A stretch of DNA of 43,316 nucleotides from an uncultured Bacillales bacterium (GTDB lineage Bacteria > Bacillota_I > Bacilli_A > RFN20 > CAG-826). The position numbers and the translations under genes were made by a program. The stretch is taken from positions 1 to 43,316 of the forward strand of contig CALMWE010000321.1 of NCBI GenBank assembly GCA_937873795.1. The letters run 5' to 3'. Numbering within the stretch: position 1 is the stretch's first letter; every line of letters starts with the position of its first letter. Positions 26,305 through 35,933 of this stretch are shown here, piece by piece. The notes under the pieces were generated by a model. That model did not search any database. It was not told the DNA's origin and worked only from the letters and a program-made list of their open reading frames with translations.

Positions 26305-27699
26305 CTAACCGACACTACCTTCCATATCCATCTTAATCAATTGATTGAGTTCAACCGCATATTCCATCGGGAGTTCACGGCTGAAGGGCTCAATGAATCC
26401 CATGATAATCATTTGCACGGCATCTTTTTCCGAAATACCTCGAGACATCAAATAGAAAAGCTGTTCTTCATTAATCTTGCTGACCGTGGCCTCGTGTTCA
26501 ATGAAGGATTCGTTGTTCTTCACTTCATTGGTTGGAATCGTATCGCTTTTCGAGATATGATCCAAAATCAAAGTATCGCATTCAACGTGGCTGCGTGAAT
26601 TCACGGCCATAGACCCCATACGGACGGTTCCGCGGTAATTAACTTGCCCACCATTGCGGGTAATCGATTTTGAAATGATGGTCGAGCTGGTGTCCGGTGC
26701 TAAGTGAATCATCCGAGCGCCAGCATCTTGAAATTGACCTTTTGAAGCAACCGCAATCGAGATGCAGGTTCCGCGGGCGCCACGCCCCGCCAAAATGACA
26801 GCCGGATATTTCATATTAACTTGAGAACCGATATTTCCATCGATCCATTCCATTTGGGCATTCTCTTTGCAAAGTGCGCGTTTCGTGACAAGGTTGACAA
26901 TATTTGTTGACCAGTTTTGAACAGTCGAATAACGGCATTTTCCATTGGGCAAAACAATAATTTCTACCACAGCGGCGTGAAGTGATTCTTTTGAATAAGT
27001 AGGAGCGGTGCATCCTTCGACGTAATGGACTTCGGCACCTTCATCAACGATAATCAGCGTTCGTTCAAATTGACCACTTTTCTCGTTATTAATGCGGAAG
27101 TAAGATTGAAGCGGTTTTTCTAAGTGGACACCTTTGGGAACATAGATGAAAGAACCCCCGGACCAAACGGCTCCGTTAAGAGCGGAAAATTTGTTGTCGG
27201 ATGACGAAACAACCGTGCCAAAATAACGTTTGAAAAGGTCCGGAAACTCCTGAAGCGCCATGTCCGTACTAAGAAAAATAACGCCTTTTTGCCGTACTTC
27301 TTCAAGCATATTGTGGTAAACGACTTCTGATTCGTATTGTGTCGAGACGCCGGCCAAATACTTTTGTTCGGCTTCGGGAATGCCTAATTTTTCAAATGTG
27401 TTTTTGATGGTTTCGGGGACATCTTTCCAATCAGTTTTTTCCCCTTTGGACGGCCGAGTAAAATACGTGTAGGAATCGAAATCTAAACCGGATAAATCAG
27501 GGCCGAAAGATGGGAGGGCAATGGTTTGGAAAAGATGAAAAGATTTCAATCGGAATTCCAGCATCCAAGAAGGTTCGTTTTTGAGTGAGGAAATCTCACG
27601 GATGATTTCTTCGCTGAGACCTTTGGGTGTCTTAAAGATTGAAACGTCTTCGTCTTTAAAACCGTATTTGTAGTCCTCGGGCATCTTATTTGTGGTCAT
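26305..27699 (-). CDS. sufB: Fe-S cluster assembly protein SufB
   Basis: [36 protein letters not shown] and EHEATVSKI...LFYLMSRG motifs; ATG 27699. Confidence 0.97.
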   Translation of the reverse strand: MTTNKMPEDYKYGFKDEDVSIFKTPKGLSEEIIREISSLKNEPSWMLEFRLKSFHLFQTIALPSFGPDLSGLDFDSYTYFTRPSKGEKTDWKDVPETIKNTFEKLGIPEAEQKYLAGVSTQYESEVVYHNMLEEVRQKGVIFLSTDMALQEFPDLFKRYFGTVVSSSDNKFSALNGAVWSGGSFIYVPKGVHLEKPLQSYFRINNEKSGQFERTLIIVDEGAEVHYVEGCTAPTYSKESLHAAVVEIIVLPNGKCRYSTVQNWSTNIVNLVTKRALCKENAQMEWIDGNIGSQVNMKYPAVILAGRGARGTCISIAVASKGQFQDAGARMIHLAPDTSSTIISKSITRNGGQVNYRGTVRMGSMAVNSRSHVECDTLILDHISKSDTIPTNEVKNNESFIEHEATVSKINEEQLFYLMSRGISEKDAVQMIIMGFIEPFSRELPMEYAVELNQLIKMDMEGSVG

Positions 27700-28141
27700 G
27701 GTGGTGTTCTTTTTCTTCCTCAAGAAGGCTTTCTAACCCGTTCCAGCCGATTGTGGCACATTTGATACGGGCAGCTTGTTTGGCAGTATTCATAAAGACG
27801 ATAGCTTCATCGAGAACCGAAGCATCATAAGGTTCTTCATGAATCATATGTAAGTATTGATCGATAATGAACTGAGCTTCTTCGATGGTTTTTCCAATGA
27901 CCAGTTCGGTCATGATGGACGTGGAAGCAGTCGAAATCGTGCAGGCGACGCCATCGAAGCAACAGTCTTTGACCTTACCGTTTTCATAGAGCATAAAAAC
28001 GAAAATGTCATCGATACAAGAAACAGAATCCATGCGGATTTTGCGGTATCTTTCATCTTTCGGGTCACGTTTATTTCGCGGGTGTTCGTAGTGATCCATG
28101 ATGATTTGGCGCATCATTTGCGGATTAAGCGAAATAGGCAT
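27686..28141 (-). CDS. sufU: SufU sulfur-transfer protein
   Basis: [28 protein letters not shown] and [10 protein letters not shown] motifs; ATG 28141 overlaps the sufS end. Confidence 0.93.
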   Translation of the reverse strand: MPISLNPQMMRQIIMDHYEHPRNKRDPKDERYRKIRMDSVSCIDDIFVFMLYENGKVKDCCFDGVACTISTASTSIMTELVIGKTIEEAQFIIDQYLHMIHEEPYDASVLDEAIVFMNTAKQAARIKCATIGWNGLESLLEEEKEHHHDHK

Positions 28142-29354
28142 CGAGAAAGTCACCGCCTTTTTTACACGCTTCGACAAAAGCATCGACTTCTTCTTTGGTG
28201 TTGTAAAGATAAAAACTCGCACGAAGTGTATTGGACGTCTTTAAGAAGGTAAGAAGGATTTTGGCACAGTGGTTACCGCTACGAACGGCGATACCTTTAG
28301 AATTCAAGAACGTCGCAGCATCTTGGCCAAAAACACCTTTGATATTGAAGGTGATAATTCCGGCTTCGGCGTTCTCGTTATAAATAATGATATTGTCGAG
28401 TTTCTTCAACCTTTCGATGGCATAACGGCGAAGCTCATGTTCATGGGCAACGATGTTTTCCATACCAATGCCTTCTAAGTATTTGATGGCAGCAGCTAAG
28501 CCTAAGACACCATCGATGTTTTGAGTACCGGCTTCAAACTTTATGGGCGGTTGCATATAGGCCACTTCTCCGCACATATCAAAACGGGCATTCATTCCTC
28601 CACCTGTCATAAAGGGGTCGGTTTTAACGAGTAAATCGTATTTACCGTAAAGAACTCCGATACCGGTCGGACCGCACATTTTGTGCCCGGAGAAAGCTAA
28701 GAAATCACAATCGAGATCTTTGACATCGGTCTTTATGTGGGGGACGCTTTGAGCCCCATCGACGACGATGATGGCACCATGAGCGTGAGCAATTTTTGCT
28801 AAGGCTTTGACATCAACGGTAAAACCTAAAACGTTCGTCACATGCGCGACAGAAACCACTTTGGTTTTGTTGGTAATGACTTTTTCAAGCGATTCGGGAG
28901 TTAAGCGTCCTTCATGGTCCAGAGGGACATAACCGATCGTTGCGCCGGTCATTTCCGCGACTTTGAACCAAGGCAAAACATTGCTGGCGTGTTCGGCTTG
29001 AGTCAGCAAAATCTCGTCGCCTTTTTTAATGTATTTGGCGCCATAACCATAAGCCACCATGTTCAGTGACATGCTGGTTCCGGAAGTAAAGACCACTTCA
29101 CGACGTTCCGCGTTGATAAAGCGGGCAACGGTTTCGCGGGCCTCATCAAATTTAGTGTCGACGATATGCGTCAAATCATAATCGCCGCGGTGAGCGTTGG
29201 CGCAATATTCAGAATAATATTCGACCATCGCATCAATGACGGCTTTGGGTTTGAAGGTCGTCGCGGCATTGTCCAAATAGACCAAGGGGTGACCTTGCAT
29301 CGTATGGTTTTTTAACATTGGAAAATCGGCACGGATTTTTTGTACATCGTACAT
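28125..29354 (-). CDS. sufS: cysteine desulfurase SufS
   Basis: YLDNAATT, EHASN, DGAQSVPH, SGHKMCGPTGIG and RSGNHCA (group II) motifs. Confidence 0.96.
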   Translation of the reverse strand: MYDVQKIRADFPMLKNHTMQGHPLVYLDNAATTFKPKAVIDAMVEYYSEYCANAHRGDYDLTHIVDTKFDEARETVARFINAERREVVFTSGTSMSLNMVAYGYGAKYIKKGDEILLTQAEHASNVLPWFKVAEMTGATIGYVPLDHEGRLTPESLEKVITNKTKVVSVAHVTNVLGFTVDVKALAKIAHAHGAIIVVDGAQSVPHIKTDVKDLDCDFLAFSGHKMCGPTGIGVLYGKYDLLVKTDPFMTGGGMNARFDMCGEVAYMQPPIKFEAGTQNIDGVLGLAAAIKYLEGIGMENIVAHEHELRRYAIERLKKLDNIIIYNENAEAGIITFNIKGVFGQDAATFLNSKGIAVRSGNHCAKILLTFLKTSNTLRASFYLYNTKEEVDAFVEACKKGGDFLDAYFA

Positions 29355-29356
29355 AG

Positions 29357-30202
29357 TTATATTCTCCCCATAATGGCTTTTTCGATGGCCTTTTGCACAT
29401 GTTTTTCATTAAAGTAACGGATAATCGGATTGAGGTAACCCATGGTAATCAAGCGTTTGGCTTCATGTGGCGTCAAGCCCCGTGAGCACAGATAGAATAA
29501 GTGTTCATCATTGACTTTTCCGACAGCCGCCGAGTGGCTCGCTTCGACATCGTTTTCATCAATTTTTAGAATCGGATTGGCACGTCCGACACTGTGAGGG
29601 TCGAACACCATAATTTTAGCATTTTGATGCGTCTTTGATTTAGGCGCGCCATGGAAGATGTGGCTGGTTCCTGAAAACTTTAACAACCCTGTTCCTTGGG
29701 CAACGCCATATGAACTGACAAGTGCATAGGTATCCGGAGCTTGATGGTGCACCGATACGGAAATACTTTTTTGGTCACTCTCGTACGACATGGCAGCCAT
29801 ATGGCAGGTCAATGAGGCCGACGGTCCAATCAAATCGACGTTCATATCGATGGTTTCGGTTCCCTTTGCAAAATCGGCGAAAGCGTAATCAAGGGAAGCC
29901 GACGAATCCAAACGGAAAAAGACATGGGCGTCCTTTCCTTCAACGAGATTGACAGCACGCCATTGAACTTGAGAATGATCATGAAGGGTAATGTCGAGAT
30001 TGCGTTCGGAAGAACTTCCGATTTCGAGAATGTCCACAATGACTGAACTTTCGACGACAAGGCTCAGTTGTTTGCTCGCATGCTTAGTCCAATCCAAAAC
30101 AAAATGCTTGCAAGCATCTTTTTTGGTTAAAGCGATATGAGTTTCTCCCAAAGCACCCACCTTGGGTTCTTGGATGATTTCAAACAACGATATGCGTTCC
30201 AC
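29357..30202 (-). CDS. sufD: SufD-family protein (short)
   Basis: ANPILKIDENDVEASHSAAVG...EHLFYLCSRGL motif; between sufC and sufS; GTG start. Confidence 0.9.
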   Translation of the reverse strand: MERISLFEIIQEPKVGALGETHIALTKKDACKHFVLDWTKHASKQLSLVVESSVIVDILEIGSSSERNLDITLHDHSQVQWRAVNLVEGKDAHVFFRLDSSASLDYAFADFAKGTETIDMNVDLIGPSASLTCHMAAMSYESDQKSISVSVHHQAPDTYALVSSYGVAQGTGLLKFSGTSHIFHGAPKSKTHQNAKIMVFDPHSVGRANPILKIDENDVEASHSAAVGKVNDEHLFYLCSRGLTPHEAKRLITMGYLNPIIRYFNEKHVQKAIEKAIMGRI

Positions 30203-30203
30203 G

Positions 30204-31019
30204 CTACTTCATTTCCTTTACGGCACACGAACCAATCGAAACAGTATTCATACCCGCTTCTTCTTTTTCGACATCTATTCCATATTCCGCTTTGATCCAT
30301 TCATAACCGGTGGTATCGATACGGCGGATGATTTCGGGTCCTCCTTGGACTGCAATCTTGCCGTTAATCATGACCACTGCGCGAGTGGGAGTAATCAAAT
30401 CATAGAGACGGGCATAGTGGGAAACCACTAAAAAGCCCATTCCTTTTTGTTGTTCGGCACGGATGGCTTCGCCGACGGTTTGCATCGCATCGACGTCCAA
30501 ACCGGAGTCGATTTCGTCGAGGAGGGCAAACGTGGGTTTCAAAAGTTTTAATTGAAGGATTTCGTTGCGCTTTTTTTCGCCGCCGGAAAAGCCTTCGTTC
30601 AAAGAACGGTTGGCCATTTCAAAAGGAATTTTCATTTCTTTGCTGGCGGTATCCAACATTTTGTAAAATTGGAACAAAGTGACCGGTTTTTCGCGGCGGG
30701 AATTCACGGCTGACTTCAAGAAATCAGCATTGATGACACCGGGAACTTCACTCGGATATTGCATGGCTAAGAAGAGTCCTGCTTTCGAACGTTGGTCGAC
30801 GCTCATCTTGAGCACATCTTGGTCGTTCAAAAAAATGGAACCTTTTGTCACTGAATAGCGCGGATGCCCCATGATGGCGGCAAGTAACGTCGACTTTCCG
30901 TGACCGTTAGGTCCTAATAGGGCAACAGTCTCATTTTGTTCAATCGTCAAGTCGACGCCTTTGAGAATTTCTTTCCCTTCAACTTCGACATGTAAATCGT
31001 GAATAACTAGTTTCGCCAT
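30204..31019 (-). CDS. sufC: Fe-S cluster assembly ATPase SufC
   Basis: GPNGHGKST, LFLAMQYP, NEGFSGGEKKRNEILQ and LDEIDSGLDVDA motifs. Confidence 0.97.
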   Translation of the reverse strand: MAKLVIHDLHVEVEGKEILKGVDLTIEQNETVALLGPNGHGKSTLLAAIMGHPRYSVTKGSIFLNDQDVLKMSVDQRSKAGLFLAMQYPSEVPGVINADFLKSAVNSRREKPVTLFQFYKMLDTASKEMKIPFEMANRSLNEGFSGGEKKRNEILQLKLLKPTFALLDEIDSGLDVDAMQTVGEAIRAEQQKGMGFLVVSHYARLYDLITPTRAVVMINGKIAVQGGPEIIRRIDTTGYEWIKAEYGIDVEKEEAGMNTVSIGSCAVKEMK

Positions 31020-31045
31020 AACCTCAACTCCTAAACGGCCATTTC

Positions 31046-31074
31046 ATTTTACAACATGACCCAAGTATCTACAA
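31046..31074 (-). promoter_or_regulatory. sigma-A promoter of the suf operon
   Basis: Minus strand TTGTAG-N17-TAAAAT. Confidence 0.6.
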
Positions 31075-31205
31075 ACGAAACGGTAATATTTTATCTTTTG
31101 CTTCTGAACTAATCAATTATATTGATTCGATAAGGCCAAAGCGGTTTTATTGGTGTAAAATAGGCCTATGGCCAAAGATATCCGTTAGCTTCGTCTACTT
31201 TGTTA

Positions 31206-31234
31206 TTGAATTAATGAAATTAAAATATTAAAAT
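31206..31234 (+). promoter_or_regulatory. sigma-A promoter of the lipoprotein pair
   Basis: TTGAAT-N17-TAAAAT, then AAGGAGG RBS before ATG 31273. Confidence 0.65.
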
Positions 31235-31272
31235 AACTATGCTGTATTTATACAAGGAGGAAGAAGTTCTAT

Positions 31273-32994
31273 ATGAAGAAAGGTAAACTAACCCTTGGAC
31301 TTGTTATCGGTTTATCGGTCGTCGCATTGTCTTCGTGCGATGCACTTACCCGTAACAATCAAGGTTACGTATTAACCATGACTGGCCCAGATGGAACCAT
31401 CATCAACTACACGGCTGATGAGTTCTACAGCCAATTCAAGACCAGCGCGAACGGCGTCAAACAATTCTATGACGCGATCACCGAGGTCATCATCCGCAAC
31501 GAAATCGAAAAGCCCGAAAACGCGGCCGTCAAAGCGGAAATCATGGAGAAGGCAGCCAACAAAGTCAGCGGCGTCAAGGAAACGGCGGAAGATAATGCCG
31601 ACACCAACAACACCGACTATGACGATGAACTCGACACATTGCTCGAAAGCTACAGTGTTGAAGATTTGACTGAGCTGAAAGACTATTTCGCCTATCAACT
31701 CATGCAAACCGAAGTCGAGGATCAATTCTACGAAGACAACAAACGCGAATTACTCGTCGGCGCTGATGCCAGCGGTTCAATTCCCGCTTACCAAGGTTAC
31801 TTGGAAAACAAGTTACCGTACCACGTCCGTCACATTCTCGTCAAAGTAAGCTCGGATGCGAACGCTTTCTATGATGCGACCGTGACCGAACAAGAAGCCA
31901 AAAACCTCTCCAGCGTCATCAAACGGTTAGCCATTCGCAAGAACAACGAAACGTTTGGCGATATCGCTCGTGAAGCCAGCGAAGATACCGGCTCTGCCGA
32001 ACAATTCGGCGACTTAGGAATCATGACCAAATCGACTTCCTATGTTAACGAATTCAAATTAGGCGTTTATGCCTATGACGCGATTTACAACGAAGATCCC
32101 AGCGTCGCTGCCAATGCTTCGAAATTAAGCGTCCCGACCGAAGCCAGCAACTATTTGAATGCTCTCGGTATCGGAGAAATCCCTTACGGCGCTGCCTTAA
32201 AGCTTGAAGCCGTCTCGAGCCTTGTGAAAGACTCCCTCGGTAACCAAGTCAACAATGGCAAGTCGCTCTATTACCCGCGCAACATCTACTTCAATAAATA
32301 CTTTAACAAACATAACATCAGCGTCATCGTCCCCGAAGACACAGACGGTTCCGCTATTAGCACTGTCGGCCTCGGCGGCTTCCAAGCGGTTGCCGAACTC
32401 GGTGGTCAAAAAGTGCTCACCGATGAAGATGGCAAAGTCATCCTCGTCGTCCGTGCCGGTTCCGGTTCTTCCGATTCCGGTTACCAAGGCGTCCACTTCA
32501 TCGTCGTCGAACGTTCCGCGCTCGTCGACACCAAGAATGGCGTTTCGCTTGAAGACTACTACACGACCGAAATTCCTGATTCTGCCGACTTCCCGCAAGT
32601 GGGTGGACAAGACGCGATCACGTACGTCAACTTCATGAACACCACGACCAAGGTTTACAAGGAACGGTCACAAACCGTTGAAGATGAGATTAAAGGTTTC
32701 GACTCCATGCTCGATGCCCACATCTATGAAAAATTGGCGAATTCGCAACAAGTCGTCATCCATGATGCGGTGGTTCGTGAAGCGGTTGAAAACTACATCT
32801 CCGTTACCCGTGCCGGTATCGCCTTCGATGCCGCTTGGAACTACGAACAAAGCTGGAAGACCTATACCGAATACCTGGCGCTCCAAGAACAAATGAGAAA
32901 TCGTTTGATTGCGGAAACCTGCGCAGTGAACTTTGCGAATGCCGCCGCAGCGGCTGAATACCAAGTAGGAGGCATCTGCTATGAAAAAGACTAA
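31273..32994 (+). CDS. large PrsA-like lipoprotein with a parvulin (PpiC) PPIase domain
   Basis: Lipobox LSSC at residues 19-22; parvulin motifs HVRHILVK, FGDIAREASEDTGSAEQFGDLG, YVNEF and GYQGVHFIVV; near hit and yhaM like Bacillus prsA. Confidence 0.8.
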   Translation: MKKGKLTLGLVIGLSVVALSSCDALTRNNQGYVLTMTGPDGTIINYTADEFYSQFKTSANGVKQFYDAITEVIIRNEIEKPENAAVKAEIMEKAANKVSGVKETAEDNADTNNTDYDDELDTLLESYSVEDLTELKDYFAYQLMQTEVEDQFYEDNKRELLVGADASGSIPAYQGYLENKLPYHVRHILVKVSSDANAFYDATVTEQEAKNLSSVIKRLAIRKNNETFGDIAREASEDTGSAEQFGDLGIMTKSTSYVNEFKLGVYAYDAIYNEDPSVAANASKLSVPTEASNYLNALGIGEIPYGAALKLEAVSSLVKDSLGNQVNNGKSLYYPRNIYFNKYFNKHNISVIVPEDTDGSAISTVGLGGFQAVAELGGQKVLTDEDGKVILVVRAGSGSSDSGYQGVHFIVVERSALVDTKNGVSLEDYYTTEIPDSADFPQVGGQDAITYVNFMNTTTKVYKERSQTVEDEIKGFDSMLDAHIYEKLANSQQVVIHDAVVREAVENYISVTRAGIAFDAAWNYEQSWKTYTEYLALQEQMRNRLIAETCAVNFANAAAAAEYQVGGICYEKD

Positions 32995-34489
32995 TAAACT
33001 TAATTTAGTAGCGGTCGCCGCTTGCGGACTTCTGATTACCGGATGTGCCGACATCGTCGCTCTTCCCGGCGATTACGAAACTCCGTTAGTCGACCAAACT
33101 GCCGAAGATCTCACCAACAACATTGCCAGCGTCGTCTACGATGCGCTCAAAGACGGCAATGATGTCAACAATTCGATTCTCGATGGTGTCCTTCTCAAAC
33201 TCGCCGAAAACAAATTCGGTGTCTACGAAGACATCAAAGGCGATGCCGCCAAAGCTGACTTCGTGGCTGACGTCGAAGATCGTATCAACGAAAAAATGTT
33301 CGATATGGTTACGACCGGATCCTACGAAACCCGCAACAAATTCTCCGAAGAACGCTTCGCCAAATACATTCGCTCGATGCTCTACACCGTGGATGCTACC
33401 GGCGGATACTTCGAAGACGTCGTCTTCACTCCTTCCGTGACCAAGGACAACATCGATGGCCAAGCCATTCACCTTGATTACTATGTGGATTACATCGAAG
33501 GCGAAATCGTTCCCGAAATCTATCGCGAAAAACTCGTTGAAGAGTATCTCTTACAAGAAGAATACTCCACGCTCGGACGCTCGTACGCCCGTAAAGTCAA
33601 CTATATTGCGATTGCGACCAACTCCAACCACCCCGAAGCCGCTAAGTACTTAATCGATACCTTCATCGAAAACAACATTCTTAGCGCGACGGCCACTGCC
33701 GCGGATGCCAACCTTGAAATTCTCGCGAATGCTTGGCGCGGTGTCCCCAGCGACTTCACCAGCAACGAAGCGGACTTGCTCGATCAAGCCGGTGTGCGTA
33801 ACACGCTCCTCGGTTCTGCCTTCGACAACACGCTCTACGGTGATATCATGGCGGATTATGCCAAAATCGACGATGATCGCTTATTGACCGATGCCGCCAT
33901 CGAAGCTTCCTTTACCGGAAACGGTGCCTACTTACCCTCCGTTGGCTTGGAAATCAAGACCGACACCTTACGTAAGCAAGACTACACCAAAGACGGCTGG
34001 TACGTGAAAAACGGCGGCCTCAGCGAATTACCTGATGCCATCCGTAACCGTTTGTTCAACATCGGTACCGCCAATGGCGTCGACTCCGTCACTGACGAAA
34101 TGGATGGAAGCGTCACCGATCCGAAGACCTCGGATTACGTCCGCAACATTCACGGTGTCAACTACTTAATCCCGGAAAACGCCCAACAAGGCGATGACCG
34201 CGACTTCCTGTTGTTTGACTCCGCCAGCTCCACCTACTACATCGTTCAAATCGAAGAAGCCGTCAACACCACCAAGATGACGGTCGATAGCAGCAAGAAC
34301 TACACCACACTCGGCAAAGACATCAATGAAATTGCCGGCAAGGTTGCCAAAGTCCTTGGCGAAAAAGACGCGAACAAAACGACGGCCATGACGTTCTTCC
34401 TTGAGCAAGCCGGGATCGTCTTCCATGACGAAGACATCGTTGCCTACTTTGAAGAAAACTACCCCGACATTTACGGAAGCAACAACTAA
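32981..34489 (+). CDS. acidic lipoprotein of unknown function, probable degenerate PrsA-fold paralog
   Basis: Lipobox ITGC; AGGAGG RBS inside the upstream gene with a 14-bp overlap; segmental similarity to the upstream protein (see findings). Confidence 0.7.
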   Translation: MKKTNKLNLVAVAACGLLITGCADIVALPGDYETPLVDQTAEDLTNNIASVVYDALKDGNDVNNSILDGVLLKLAENKFGVYEDIKGDAAKADFVADVEDRINEKMFDMVTTGSYETRNKFSEERFAKYIRSMLYTVDATGGYFEDVVFTPSVTKDNIDGQAIHLDYYVDYIEGEIVPEIYREKLVEEYLLQEEYSTLGRSYARKVNYIAIATNSNHPEAAKYLIDTFIENNILSATATAADANLEILANAWRGVPSDFTSNEADLLDQAGVRNTLLGSAFDNTLYGDIMADYAKIDDDRLLTDAAIEASFTGNGAYLPSVGLEIKTDTLRKQDYTKDGWYVKNGGLSELPDAIRNRLFNIGTANGVDSVTDEMDGSVTDPKTSDYVRNIHGVNYLIPENAQQGDDRDFLLFDSASSTYYIVQIEEAVNTTKMTVDSSKNYTTLGKDINEIAGKVAKVLGEKDANKTTAMTFFLEQAGIVFHDEDIVAYFEENYPDIYGSNN

Positions 34490-34492
34490 CAA

Positions 34493-34524
34493 AAACGAAG
34501 GAGGCCGATGGCCTCCTTTTGTTT
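34493..34524 (+). terminator. terminator after the lipoprotein pair
   Basis: AAGGAGGCC-gat-GGCCTCCTT followed by TTGTTT. Confidence 0.8.
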
Positions 34525-34539
34525 CAAAGGAGAAAGACC

Positions 34540-34962
34540 ATGATCAATGATTGCATTTTTTGTAAAATCGTCGCCGGACTGGTTCCGTGCACCAAAGTTT
34601 ATGAAGATGACGATGTGTTGGCTTTCTTGGATATTTCCCAAACGACTGTCGGCCACACGCTCGTCGTTTCCAAAAAGCATTACGACAATTTCTTGGCTAC
34701 GCCAAAAACCGTGATGCACAAGGTTTATGATGCGGCGCAACGCATCGGCCAAGCCCAAATCAAACAATTGGGAGCCCGCGGCGTCAACATCCTCACGAAT
34801 TGTTATAAAGAAGCCGGACAAAGCGTCCTTCACTTCCATGTTCACGTCATCCCGCGATACGAACCGGCCGACGGTTTCCGTATCGAGATGTACGAAAACA
34901 CGCATGTCGGAGAGCTCAACCTTCCCGTGCTCGCGGGCCGCATCTCCAAAGGCATCAAGTAA
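34540..34962 (+). CDS. hit: HIT family nucleotide hydrolase
   Basis: DCIFCKI, AFLDI, GHTLVV and AGQSVLHFHVHVIPRY histidine triad; ATG 34540 with AAAGGAG RBS. Confidence 0.95.
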   Translation: MINDCIFCKIVAGLVPCTKVYEDDDVLAFLDISQTTVGHTLVVSKKHYDNFLATPKTVMHKVYDAAQRIGQAQIKQLGARGVNILTNCYKEAGQSVLHFHVHVIPRYEPADGFRIEMYENTHVGELNLPVLAGRISKGIK

Positions 34963-34966
34963 AAAG

Positions 34967-34997
34967 AAAAAGTGTCGGATTGACCGACACTTTTTTT
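34967..34997. terminator. bidirectional terminator hit/yhaM
   Basis: AAAAAGTGTCGG-attga-CCGACACTTTTT between convergent genes. Confidence 0.88.
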
Positions 34998-35933
34998 CTA
35001 TTTGGATTTCATTTTGTAGAACGTACGTTCGTCCAGAGGGAAGATTTTTGTCGTAAACTCGCCTTCCGCAGTGGCGGCGTAGGCTTTATCGAGGATGACC
35101 ATCTTGGCATCCAAATCATCGATGATGTTAAGAACCAAGGCTTCGCGTATCAAGGGTTCAACGGGAGAGCCGAAGTCTTGACGGCCGTGGTGGGAAAGAA
35201 TCATGTGTTCAAGGAGCATCGGGGTTTCGTTGGTGATGCCCAGTTCGCTGGCCACACGGCGGATTTCGGAGTCCATGATGGAAATATGTCCGAGCAGTTT
35301 TCCTTCGGTCGTGTACTTCGGGATGATGGGTCCGGAGAGTTCCACCGTCTTGCCGATGTCATGAAGGAGGATGCCCGAAATTAATAAGTCGCGGTTGATT
35401 TGCGGATAGCACACCATGATTTGTTCGGCGAGATCCGCCATCGAAAGGGTGTGAAATAGAAGACCGCTGGTGTATTCATGATGGTTACGGACCGCGGCGG
35501 GATAAATCACAAAACGGTCGTAATATTGTTCAATCAGGCGGTGCACAATCGCCGAGCAATCGGGATCAACGATTGAATCCATATATTTTTTCAGCTTGGC
35601 TTCCAAGACTTCTTTTTCCACCGGAGCGCTCATCGTGAAACGGGCGGCATCGACGGTAGCACTGTCCAGTTGTCTTCCGGAAATGATCTTCATTTGAAGC
35701 GTATTGCGGTAGAGAATGACGTCGCCGGTCACTTCAACGATGTGTCCGGGTTGGTAAATGTCGGCGTCTTCAGGTTGAACATCCCATTTTTTTCCGTCAA
35801 TCGAACCAGTCTTATCTTGGAACGTAACGGTGAGGTAAGCCAAATTATTCCCGGTGACTCCGCGGGTGACATTCGTCACCAACAGTTGGGCGTAGACGCG
35901 TTGGTTATCGCTAAATTCATTGATCCATGACAT
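34998..35933 (-). CDS. yhaM: 3'-5' exoribonuclease YhaM (OB + HD)
   Basis: OB fold YLTVTFQDKTGSIDGKKWD; PAAVRNHHEY..GL..HT, LLHDIGK, EGKLLGHI and ILSHHG motifs. Confidence 0.93.
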   Translation of the reverse strand: MSWINEFSDNQRVYAQLLVTNVTRGVTGNNLAYLTVTFQDKTGSIDGKKWDVQPEDADIYQPGHIVEVTGDVILYRNTLQMKIISGRQLDSATVDAARFTMSAPVEKEVLEAKLKKYMDSIVDPDCSAIVHRLIEQYYDRFVIYPAAVRNHHEYTSGLLFHTLSMADLAEQIMVCYPQINRDLLISGILLHDIGKTVELSGPIIPKYTTEGKLLGHISIMDSEIRRVASELGITNETPMLLEHMILSHHGRQDFGSPVEPLIREALVLNIIDDLDAKMVILDKAYAATAEGEFTTKIFPLDERTFYKMKSK

